Part shown: positions 1 through 8,228 of the stretch, piece after piece | Numbering within the stretch: the stretch's first letter is position 1 | How the letters are laid out: each line of letters starts with the position of its first letter | Translations under genes and position numbers: made by a program | The notes under the pieces: generated by a model | What the model was told of the DNA's origin: nothing | Seen by the model: the letters and a program-made list of their open reading frames with translations, nothing else | Database searches by the model: none | Source: Gemmatimonadota bacterium | Lineage (GTDB): Bacteria; Gemmatimonadota; Gemmatimonadetes; Gemmatimonadales; GWC2-71-9 | Direction: 5' to 3' | DNA length: 64,000 nt | Assembly: GCA_022566515.1 (NCBI GenBank) | Contig: JADFIT010000001.1 | Coordinates: 16,685 to 80,684 of the forward strand

Positions 1-16
1 CACCACCAGCGGAGAC

Positions 17-1825
17 ATGTTCTTCCGCAGTCTGTCCGTCAGCCAGCTTCGCTCCAACGTGGCCCACGTGTCTGCCGCCACCGGCATCGTGGGGTTGGCC
101 TATGGGCTCAGCGGCGGAATTCTGGGGAGCGACGCAATCTCACTTTCCAATCTGCTGCCACTCACTCTGGCGCTGGTTGGGCTGCCTCTCCTGGCCCGCG
201 GCACCTTCTATCTCGAGATGGCACTTTCCGGGGTGAGACGCATCGCTTGGGCACTCACCATCAGATGGGAGGGAATCACCGCCATCTTCGCCGCAGCCCT
301 CGCCCTAGGGTGGTCTGCACTGGCCACTGCCAACGCTTCAACTACCGACGCGGTCGCCTTGTCCGCCGTACTCATCCTCTCGACGGCGGCGCTTCACTTC
401 ACGCTCAAACGAGCCGTTCACGCAGATGAGCTGCGCCTGGTCAACCGGCTGGCGGAGGCCGTAGCGGCGGACGCCAGCATCGAGCGAAGCTTTGAGCGAA
501 TCCAACAGGTCACACAGGCACTGGTTCCCTGGGAGCACATGGGGTTCGCGCGCTACGACGAGGCCTCGAACGAGATGGAGCTCATTGCCGATACGGCCAC
601 GAGAGAGCCAATGCGTTTCGATGCGGGCCGCGGCCTCACCAGCGAGGTCGTAGAATCTCGCAAGCCGGTAGTCAGCAGCAACGTTGCCGAAAGGGAACTT
701 ATCGTGCCCGCCGGCGAACGTGCCGGGGCCGAGATTCTGATCCCTCTCTTCCGAGGAGACACACTGGTTGGGCTCTGGAGCGTGCGACACTCCGACCCAC
801 AGGCGTACCGCCCGGCCGACGCCGACCTCCTCAACCTCCTCGCCCCGCAGCTGGCACTTCGCCTGGCCCTAAGGGAAGTCCTGCTGCCAATGGTGCAAAC
901 GTCAGAACAAGCAGCCCAGGATGCCTCTGAGGTGCAGACGAGTGTCGGCGAGCTCGAACAGGCGTACCAATTCGCGTCGGCCAGAGCGCAGAAAGCGTTG
1001 GCCGGGGCGGAAGAGGCGGCCTCCCACATAGCCGAAACCGTAACGGCACTCGTCCAGTTGGTCGACGGCATCCAGAAGGCCGCCGCTCTGGGTGACGAGA
1101 CGCAGGAGGCCACACATAAAATGGCGGAGACTGCGTCAGACTTGCACGAATCCAGCGCAGCAGCAGTCGGGCGGTTGACGCGAATCGCCGAGACCCTCGA
1201 GGTGGGCGCGGCAGAAGTGGCCAGGTTACGCGAGGCGGCGAACGATGTCGAAGGATTCTCGGGAACCATTGGGTCCATAGCCCATCAAACCAACCTGCTC
1301 GCGCTGAACGCCACTATCGAGGCCGCTCGGGCGGGCGTTCACGGCAGAGGCTTTGCCGTCGTTGCCAACGAGGTCCGCCTCCTTGCCGAGGAGAGCGCGA
1401 AGGCGGCCCGCAGCATCGCGCTGAGCGCCCAGACCACCCGCAAGGTGATCGATAGCTCGGCGAGGTTGATGGAGGAGATAGGCACGCAGCTGAGCGAGCT
1501 TTCCCGGCATTCAGAGGCGTGGGGCACAGAACTCAGCCGGATCGCCGAGGCTGCTGAAGATACCCGCCGGTTGGGTCGGATGATGAGCGATCTGCCCCGG
1601 GAAAATCTGGACCTGGCCGACCAGGCGAAGGGGATTCTCGGCGGAGCCAAAAAGGCCGCCCAGCAGGCCGCCGCAGATGCCAAGACGGTGTCGGACACCT
1701 TGAGGCTCCAGCACCGCTCTGTCAGCACCCTCACCAACAGCGCAAGAAAACTGGCCTCCATCGCTAAGAGTCTCGAAAAGCCCGCCGCCCTGGTAGGTCA
1801 TGAGAGGCACAGGCAGCAGGACTAG
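17..1825 (+). CDS. Membrane-anchored GAF-domain methyl-accepting chemotaxis protein (MCP signalling domain)
   Basis: The ORF is complete, with GGAG upstream of the ATG. The first ~130 aa are hydrophobic (several TM segments). The central region is GAF-like ([11 protein letters not shown]...). The C-terminal half carries the MCP hairpin-tip motif [40 protein letters not shown]. No HAMP-like segment is obvious. Confidence 0.85.
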   Translation: MFFRSLSVSQLRSNVAHVSAATGIVGLAYGLSGGILGSDAISLSNLLPLTLALVGLPLLARGTFYLEMALSGVRRIAWALTIRWEGITAIFAAALALGWSALATANASTTDAVALSAVLILSTAALHFTLKRAVHADELRLVNRLAEAVAADASIERSFERIQQVTQALVPWEHMGFARYDEASNEMELIADTATREPMRFDAGRGLTSEVVESRKPVVSSNVAERELIVPAGERAGAEILIPLFRGDTLVGLWSVRHSDPQAYRPADADLLNLLAPQLALRLALREVLLPMVQTSEQAAQDASEVQTSVGELEQAYQFASARAQKALAGAEEAASHIAETVTALVQLVDGIQKAAALGDETQEATHKMAETASDLHESSAAAVGRLTRIAETLEVGAAEVARLREAANDVEGFSGTIGSIAHQTNLLALNATIEAARAGVHGRGFAVVANEVRLLAEESAKAARSIALSAQTTRKVIDSSARLMEEIGTQLSELSRHSEAWGTELSRIAEAAEDTRRLGRMMSDLPRENLDLADQAKGILGGAKKAAQQAAADAKTVSDTLRLQHRSVSTLTNSARKLASIAKSLEKPAALVGHERHRQQD

Positions 1826-2026
1826 CCGGAATATCCTACCACTGCGCTCACATGCCGTTGCCGTCAGAGGGTGACTGCCATCACTGAGACCCGCAGGTTT
1901 TGGTGACATGCTTCGGCACCGGAAATTCCGGAGAATGTTAGACTTAGTGAACCGTGTTGGACCAGATTCCAACTCCGAGGCCCTCCATCGAGGGTTCTCA
2001 AGAGATGAATTAACGGAGGTCTTCGG

Positions 2027-3604
2027 ATGCCGACTCCGACGCTGCGCAACAGCTTGGGCGCCATAGGTGCCGCCACCCTACTGCTCGCATTTGCGACTCC
2101 CGCGGGGGCCCAGGTGGGCCAAGGCACCCAAATCGAGCTGGGTACTTTTGGTACGTTCACAAAATACGACAATTCAAATCTCGGCTTCGGCGACGAATTC
2201 GGCGCCGGTGGCCGGCTGGCGATCTTCTTCAGTCGATTGCTGTCGTTGGAAGCGTCGGGAGACTACACGGAAACCAACACCGGCCCTCAGGGCAGCAGGG
2301 TCACGGCAACCCGAGTCGCTGGAACGCTCTACGCCCACGCGCCCATTGGGGGCAGTGCCTGGGCCATCGGGCTGGGCTACGAGCGTCTTTTCTATCGGGC
2401 GGCCCAACAATTCGAGGACAACGGATTTCACGTCGTGATGGGACCACGCCTCTCGCTGGGCGGTAGGGCCGCGTTCCGGATTGAGGGACGCGCCACCTAC
2501 GTGCCGAGTTCCAACGCACCGTTGGCCAGTGGCAGCTCTATTAATATCAGCGCCACCGCAGGCCTCTCGATATACAGCTTCGGCGGGACGCCACGGGACG
2601 ACGACCAGGACCGTGTTCGCAACAGCCGCGATGACTGCCCCGAAACGCCCCTCGGCGCGACCGTCGACGGCGCCGGTTGTCCCAGCGATTCAGACACCGA
2701 CGGCGTGCTGAACGGATTGGATCAGTGCCCTGATACTCCTGGCGGCGCGGACGTGGACGGGGTTGGTTGCCCCTCCGACTCCGATTCCGACGGAGTGCTC
2801 AACGGAATCGACATCTGCCCAGACACGCCGGCAGGCGCCGTTGCCGACGAGAACGGTTGCCCCACCGACCAGGACAGCGATTCTGTGTTCGACGGCATCG
2901 ACCAATGTCCCGACACACCGACCGGAGCGATCGTGGATGCCAGCGGTTGTCCCTCGGACGAGGACTCCGATGGCGTATTCGACGGGATCGACCAGTGCAC
3001 AGGCACGCCCATGGGCGTGATGGTCGACGATCTGGGTTGCCCCATGGACCAAGACCAAGACGGCGTTTTCGACCACTTGGACGAGTGCCCTGACACCCCG
3101 CTCAACACTATGGTGGACGAGCGGGGCTGCGAGCCGGACACAGACACAGACTTGGACGGTGTCATCGACAGCCTGGACCGTTGCCCGAGCACCGCTCCCG
3201 GCACCACCGTGGACAGCGTGGGCTGCCCGGTCCTATTCGTGGTCGACGAAGTCACGCAGAGGGTTGAACCGCTGGTATTGCAGGGCGTGAACTTCGCCGT
3301 TGGTAGTTCACGGCTCACGCAAGGCTCCTACGCCGTGCTGAACGTGGTGGCGGTGTCCCTCCTGGGACACCCGGAAGTAGGAATCGAGATCGGCGGGCAC
3401 ACGGACGCCACCGGTGGGTACGACCTCAATATGCGGTTGTCCCGTGGCCGCGCCGAGGCCGTCCGTGCATACTTGGCGCAACAGGGTGTGCCTCTCAGTC
3501 AGATGGCTGCACGGGGGTACGGACCGGATCAGCCGATCGCGACGAACGCAACTTCGGCCGGCCGAACGGCCAACCGGAGAGTAGAACTGAGACGGACCAA
3601 CTGA
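2027..3604 (+). CDS. OmpA-family outer-membrane protein with thrombospondin type-3 (TSP3) calcium-binding repeats
   Basis: Signal peptide (LLLAFATPAGAQV). N-terminal beta-barrel-like region. Seven ~30-aa D-x-D-x-DG-[VI]-x-D-x-x-D-x-CP-x-TP repeats. C-terminal OmpA-like peptidoglycan-binding domain (GHTDATGGYDLNMRLSRGRAEAVRAYL...NRRVEL). GGAGG lies before the ATG. Confidence 0.9.
   Translation: MPTPTLRNSLGAIGAATLLLAFATPAGAQVGQGTQIELGTFGTFTKYDNSNLGFGDEFGAGGRLAIFFSRLLSLEASGDYTETNTGPQGSRVTATRVAGTLYAHAPIGGSAWAIGLGYERLFYRAAQQFEDNGFHVVMGPRLSLGGRAAFRIEGRATYVPSSNAPLASGSSINISATAGLSIYSFGGTPRDDDQDRVRNSRDDCPETPLGATVDGAGCPSDSDTDGVLNGLDQCPDTPGGADVDGVGCPSDSDSDGVLNGIDICPDTPAGAVADENGCPTDQDSDSVFDGIDQCPDTPTGAIVDASGCPSDEDSDGVFDGIDQCTGTPMGVMVDDLGCPMDQDQDGVFDHLDECPDTPLNTMVDERGCEPDTDTDLDGVIDSLDRCPSTAPGTTVDSVGCPVLFVVDEVTQRVEPLVLQGVNFAVGSSRLTQGSYAVLNVVAVSLLGHPEVGIEIGGHTDATGGYDLNMRLSRGRAEAVRAYLAQQGVPLSQMAARGYGPDQPIATNATSAGRTANRRVELRRTN
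2597..3229 (+). repeat. Seven tandem ~90-nt coding repeats (TSP3-type) inside the OmpA-family gene
   Basis: The protein repeats are DDDQDRV..GCP, SDSDTDGVLNGLDQCPDTPGGADVDGVGCP, SDSDSDGVLNGIDICPDTPAGAVADENGCP, TDQDSDSVFDGIDQCPDTPTGAIVDASGCP, SDEDSDGVFDGIDQCTGTPMGVMVDDLGCP, MDQDQDGVFDHLDECPDTPLNTMVDERGCE and PDTDTDLDGVIDSLDRCPSTAPGTTVDSVGCP. Confidence 0.9.
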
Positions 3605-3614
3605 CCGAGGATCG

Positions 3615-3782
3615 GTGCAACAGCAAAAGCGACGAACCTGTCTGTCACCGGGTCTTGCGCTGCTGGCGGCCATGCCGCCGGCGGCGCAAGTCGTCCCGGC
3701 TCCTGAAACGGTCCTCGGCTTCGTGGCCGGAGCGGGGTTCTTCAACGCGCTCAAGCCTTATCTAAAGACGGGTAAACCCTAA
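3615..3782 (+). CDS. Possible 55-aa signal-peptide-bearing small protein (below the ORF-track cutoff), or a gene remnant
   Basis: Hand translation from the GTG at 3615, with GAGGA 4 nt upstream, gives MQQQKRRTCLSPGLALLAAMPPAAQVVPAPETVLGFVAGAGFFNALKPYLKTGKP*. It has a basic n-region, a hydrophobic h-region and an AAQ-type cleavage site. It ends 5 nt before the next gene's ATG. Confidence 0.35.
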   Translation: MQQQKRRTCLSPGLALLAAMPPAAQVVPAPETVLGFVAGAGFFNALKPYLKTGKP

Positions 3783-3787
3783 TCACC

Positions 3788-5152
3788 ATGCTCACCAGAT
3801 CTCTGGCCCTGCTCTCTTTGAGCGGGCTGATCGTCGGCTCTCCACCTCTCGGGGCCCAGCAGAATCCCGACCCCGCGGTCGCGTGGCGGGGAGTCCATCG
3901 TGACATGGAGCGGCCGGACTACCTGAGGGATCTCGTCTCTCTCGGTTTGCCGAACATAGCTATGCCGCCGCCGCCCACCGGCGACCCCTCCGGCGCGTCG
4001 CCGCTCGCGCTAGAGCCTGCAAGCGGCACCCATACGTGGAGAGGGATCCATCGCGATACCGATCGGCCCGATTATCTGAGCGCCGTAGTCCCACCAAACG
4101 TACGACCCATTCGACTCCCGCCGCCGCCGGTGGGCGAAGCTCCGGCTATCGTGCGCGGCCTGTATCTCAACGCCTGGGTGTTCGGCGGCAAGAGGTTCTA
4201 TGATCTCGTGCGGCTGGCCGACACGACCGAAGTCAACGCCTTCGTCATCGACGTCAAAGACGCAACCGGCTATCTCACCTACCGCTCCAGCGTACCCATT
4301 GCCATCGAGATCGGCGCCAACGGCCTCGTGCGGGCCTCTGACGTTCGGAAGCGATTGGCGTTACTGCAACGGCACGGCATCCATCCCATCGCGCGGATTG
4401 TCGTCGCGAAGGATCGGTTGCTTGCGGACGGTATGAAGGATTGGTCCGTGCAGCACGTTGATGGCGGGCTGTGGACTGACAGGCTCGGTCATCACTGGGT
4501 GGATGCATATCGCGACTCCGTCTGGCTCTATGCAGCCGACATCGCCCAAGAGGCCGTGCTCATGGGCTTCGCCGAAATCCAGTTCGACTACATCCGCTTT
4601 CCCGACGAGCCGGCGGAGCTGCTGGACAAGGCGATCTTCCCCGCTCGCCTAGCAGGCCAAAGTCGGCGCGACGCAGTAACCACCAACCTCGCCAAGCTCC
4701 GCGACCGCGTCAAAGCCATGGGGGTCCCGTTCACCGTAGACGTCTTCGGCCTCACAACCTCGGCCCGAACCGACATGGGGATTGGACAGTACTGGGAGGA
4801 CATATCGAGCCTGGCAGACGTGGTGCTTCCCATGGTGTATCCCAGCCATTACTACAAAGGAGCATACGGCGTGCCCTTCCCCAATGCGGAGCCGTACACG
4901 ATCGTTCACCGGGCGTTGGCGGCCGGCCTGAAGCGGAACGACAAAATCCGCAACGCCGCACGCATTCGCCCCTACCTCCAGTCATTCTCCATCCGCCGCG
5001 TTCGCTACAGAGCGGCAGAGATCCGCGCGCAGATGGAGGCGGCTTACGACCTCGGCATAACAGACTGGGTGCTATGGAACGCCAGCGGCCGCTATCCCGC
5101 CGACGCTTTTCTCTCTAATGGCATGTCTAGCATGACATCACCGAGCCGCTAG
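3788..5152 (+). CDS. Secreted putative glycoside-hydrolase-like TIM-barrel protein (DUF4015/COG1306-like)
   Basis: It has a signal peptide, a duplicated Pro-rich N-terminal module, and then YLNAWVFGG...VNAFVIDVKDATGYLTYRS...FAEIQFDYIRFPDE. From memory this is typical of the 'putative glycosyl hydrolase' DUF4015 family. The family call is from memory only. Confidence 0.6.
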   Translation: MLTRSLALLSLSGLIVGSPPLGAQQNPDPAVAWRGVHRDMERPDYLRDLVSLGLPNIAMPPPPTGDPSGASPLALEPASGTHTWRGIHRDTDRPDYLSAVVPPNVRPIRLPPPPVGEAPAIVRGLYLNAWVFGGKRFYDLVRLADTTEVNAFVIDVKDATGYLTYRSSVPIAIEIGANGLVRASDVRKRLALLQRHGIHPIARIVVAKDRLLADGMKDWSVQHVDGGLWTDRLGHHWVDAYRDSVWLYAADIAQEAVLMGFAEIQFDYIRFPDEPAELLDKAIFPARLAGQSRRDAVTTNLAKLRDRVKAMGVPFTVDVFGLTTSARTDMGIGQYWEDISSLADVVLPMVYPSHYYKGAYGVPFPNAEPYTIVHRALAAGLKRNDKIRNAARIRPYLQSFSIRRVRYRAAEIRAQMEAAYDLGITDWVLWNASGRYPADAFLSNGMSSMTSPSR

Positions 5153-5199
5153 GGGGCAGGCCGCCTGAGCCCTACCGGGGCTACCGGCAACGTCGCGCC

Positions 5200-7245
5200 C
5201 TACCCTGCCTCTACCGCGTCGGGCATTTGCCCGGGCGTCCATTCGGTGATGTACCCCGCAATCGCGCTTGCCGCCGTTGTGTAGGGACTCGCGAGATAGA
5301 GCTGCCCCGGCCCGGAACGGCCTGGAAAATTCCGGTTGATCGCGCTTATCGTCACCGTTTCCGTGTCGTAGGAAACGCCGGGCCCGGCGTTGATGCACGC
5401 CCCGCATGACGGCTCAATGAACTGGGCGCCTACCTTGGCGAACACGTCGAGGTATCCCTTCTCCTCGCAGTAGCGCTTCACCTCTTGCGAGCCGCACTGA
5501 ATGAAACATTCAACGTCCAGGTGCACGCGCAGGCCCGCGTGCACCGCATCTTGGAATACTCTGGCGTACATGTCCATGTCCGACTTCTTGCCGGCGGTGC
5601 ACGACCCGGCATAGGCAACGTCCACCTTCACGCGATCTCCCAACTCGTGAATAAACAGGCCATTGCCCGGATCCCCGGGAAGCGCCACCATCGGCTGCAA
5701 GGAGTCTGCGTCAATGTCGATGACTTCCTCGTAATCCGCGTCTTCATCTGAGTACAGACCGGCAAGGAGAGGACGCACTTCGTCGGGGTCCAAGCCTCGC
5801 TCGCGAGCCAAGAAGTCGACCACCTTTTCGTCGGGCGCCACGATGCCCGTGAAGGCGCCCACCTCTGCAGCCATGTTCGTCATCGTGGCGCGCTCGTCCA
5901 CCGATAGATCCTGCACGGCTTCCCCGGCATACTCAACGATCTTGCCGATTGCATGCCCGTTGCGCACATACGGGTGGCGCAAGATCTGAAGCATGAAATC
6001 TTTCGCCGTAACGTGCTGCGGCCTCTTGCCGTTGATCCGTATCAACAGCGACGGAGGAACCCTGATTCGCACGTCCTTGGTGAGCCAGGAGTTGAAGATG
6101 GCTGTCGTGCCAACCCCGAAGGCAACACATCCGATTGCGCCTGCGTGGGGTGTGTGGGAATCGCTGCCGATGATCAAATGTCCGGGTAACGCATACTGCT
6201 CCAGGACTTTAGAATGGCATATGGCTTCGGAGCCCCGCGGCGTCTCGTTCCTGCCTATGCGCGGCAACTCGCCGTAGAGCTTCACGCCCTGCTTTTCCGC
6301 AAACCCCTCCTGCTTCGCCTTCAACTCCAGCGCAACATCGAGCAGTCCATCGGCCTTACGCTCATCCGTCATCGCCAGTTCGAGAAACGTCAGGTGATCT
6401 CTGAAGAACAACACCGACTCGGGATCGATGATCTTCGCATCGGCACCCAGGTGCTGCTCCCAAAAAATCGCCGCCATCGGTGTCACGTACTCGTGGCTGA
6501 AACGGATGTCAGTCCGCACGAACCCCTCGTCTCCAGCACGTAGATAAGAGACACCAACTCGATCCGTGGAAAGATCCACCACCCAATGACGGACAAAAAT
6601 CTTCTCTGCAAGCGTCATTGGACGCGGACCTGTTGAAACAGCAGGCACGGTCGCGCTCCCTTGGAGCCGCGCCACGTTGTACTGGAAGAGACCGCCGTAT
6701 TCGATGACCCCGCGCGTGATGTCCCCCACACCTTCAGTGAACACGCTCAACGGGATCTCTTCGCCGCTACGCACCCGTTCGATCAGCGAGAAATCCGTGC
6801 TGGTCAGAACGCCGAGGTTTTGACAGTTCTCACGATAGATGCGCTCGATGCTCTCCGCGATCACCAACCTGATGCCGGCACACATCTCGGCATACGGCGA
6901 CTGCTCGCGTGAAGAACCCTTGCCACGACGTTTCCCGCTCACGGAGCAAGCGAATCCACCGGCCTTGACGCTTCCCCTCGTAACGGGTAGCTCGTCGCCG
7001 CACTTGAGGCCTAAATACGGAAATTCGCCGAGCTTTGCGTCATAGTAGTAGCAGATGTACGCAGGAGTGATTTCGTCTGTGGAGATGTCGTCCCGCAACT
7101 CGAAATCGTCGGGAAACGTGAGATCTTCACCTGCGAGCTGGCGCCGTACCAGCTCTGCATCCTCTGTAAGGAAGAACACGCGCCCGGAAAGGTTGACATG
7201 GTCGGGGAGTTTCTTGGGCGAAAGGTTCTTTAAGCGGCTATTCAT
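5200..7245 (-). CDS. Aconitase/isopropylmalate-isomerase-family Fe-S dehydratase with the swivel (LeuD-like) domain at the N-terminus
   Basis: The N-terminal ~190 aa contain the LeuD/swivel motif GKGSSREQSPYAEMCAGIRLVIAESIERIYRENCQNLGVL. The rest is a LeuC/aconitase catalytic core with IIGSDSHTPHAGAIG, YAGSCTAGK and EPSCGACINAGPG (three Cys cluster ligands). Confidence 0.8.
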   Translation of the reverse strand: MNSRLKNLSPKKLPDHVNLSGRVFFLTEDAELVRRQLAGEDLTFPDDFELRDDISTDEITPAYICYYYDAKLGEFPYLGLKCGDELPVTRGSVKAGGFACSVSGKRRGKGSSREQSPYAEMCAGIRLVIAESIERIYRENCQNLGVLTSTDFSLIERVRSGEEIPLSVFTEGVGDITRGVIEYGGLFQYNVARLQGSATVPAVSTGPRPMTLAEKIFVRHWVVDLSTDRVGVSYLRAGDEGFVRTDIRFSHEYVTPMAAIFWEQHLGADAKIIDPESVLFFRDHLTFLELAMTDERKADGLLDVALELKAKQEGFAEKQGVKLYGELPRIGRNETPRGSEAICHSKVLEQYALPGHLIIGSDSHTPHAGAIGCVAFGVGTTAIFNSWLTKDVRIRVPPSLLIRINGKRPQHVTAKDFMLQILRHPYVRNGHAIGKIVEYAGEAVQDLSVDERATMTNMAAEVGAFTGIVAPDEKVVDFLARERGLDPDEVRPLLAGLYSDEDADYEEVIDIDADSLQPMVALPGDPGNGLFIHELGDRVKVDVAYAGSCTAGKKSDMDMYARVFQDAVHAGLRVHLDVECFIQCGSQEVKRYCEEKGYLDVFAKVGAQFIEPSCGACINAGPGVSYDTETVTISAINRNFPGRSGPGQLYLASPYTTAASAIAGYITEWTPGQMPDAVEAG

Positions 7246-7304
7246 GCTGGAAAGATCATGGAACGCTCGCCACCGGGCAAGCTCTCCTGTACTATTGATG
7301 TGTC

Positions 7305-8228
7305 ATGTCGAGTGCTCATAAGTCTCTTGGTCCCTTGTGGTTGGCCATCCTCGGGTCGGCCATTGCGATGTCATGCAGCCGAGAACCCGACGACGATGCA
7401 CGACCGCTCATTCCCGAGGTTCACGAACGCACTGGGTACCTTCCCTCGAGCCTCCGAGAGAGTTCGGGCGTGGCAGTGAGCCGCCGCCAAGAGGGCGTCC
7501 TGTGGTCTCACAACGACTCGGGCAATGAAAACCGTCTCTACGCGATAAATCTCCAAGGCGTAGAACTCGCCACGTTTCGCGTGAAAAACGCCAAGAACCG
7601 CGACTGGGAAGATATCGCGATCGGTTCCTGTCCCACGGGGAACGGTGACTGCCTCTACATAGCCGACACAGGGGACAATCTCCACCGCAGGGAGACCGTA
7701 TCCATCTACGTGATACCGGAACCGGAAATCTCGTCCCGCCAACGCGGTCTGCTTCGCGATACTGAAGCCATACTAAGAATTGACTTGCGATACGAAGACG
7801 GCCCGCAAGACGTAGAGGCTATGGCTGTAGGACCGCATGGTGAGATACTGCTCGTCACCAAGGGGCGAAGGGCACCGATACACACCTACGTTATTTCGCG
7901 GTCACAACTGTTGGCAGGTCCCGAGACAATCGCTCGATCAAGGATCGATCCCGGCGTTCAGCGGCTCCGTATGCTCGGCCGCTGGGTCACCGGCGCAGCC
8001 ATATCTCCCAGTGGAAAGCGTGTCGTCCTTCGAACCTATACCGAGTTATTCTTCTATACCTACGATGCCAGCGGTTCTCTCATTCCCCAGGGTGATCCCT
8101 GCTTCATAGGTGGATCAGAACCGCAGGGAGAGGGTGTGGATTTCCTCCACGAGGACACGGTCATACTGACGAGCGAAATGCTACCCGGTCGTCCGGGGCC
8201 GATTACGCTGGTGAGATGCCCCACATGA
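7305..8228 (+). CDS. Lipoprotein, predicted beta-propeller-like, function unknown
   Basis: Lipobox LGSAIAMSC. Motifs ESSGVAV, WSHNDSGN, DWEDIAIG and LYIADTGDN are reminiscent of phytase-like/SdiA-regulated propeller families. The assignment is uncertain. Confidence 0.6.
   Translation: MSSAHKSLGPLWLAILGSAIAMSCSREPDDDARPLIPEVHERTGYLPSSLRESSGVAVSRRQEGVLWSHNDSGNENRLYAINLQGVELATFRVKNAKNRDWEDIAIGSCPTGNGDCLYIADTGDNLHRRETVSIYVIPEPEISSRQRGLLRDTEAILRIDLRYEDGPQDVEAMAVGPHGEILLVTKGRRAPIHTYVISRSQLLAGPETIARSRIDPGVQRLRMLGRWVTGAAISPSGKRVVLRTYTELFFYTYDASGSLIPQGDPCFIGGSEPQGEGVDFLHEDTVILTSEMLPGRPGPITLVRCPT

Noticed and set aside
7573-7588. parS-like sequence CGTTTCGCGTGAAAAA inside the lipoprotein gene
   Set aside because: It has three mismatches to TGTTTCACGTGAAACA, including one that breaks the central palindrome, and it is intragenic. 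It is probably not a functional parS. Only ParB ChIP could show otherwise.
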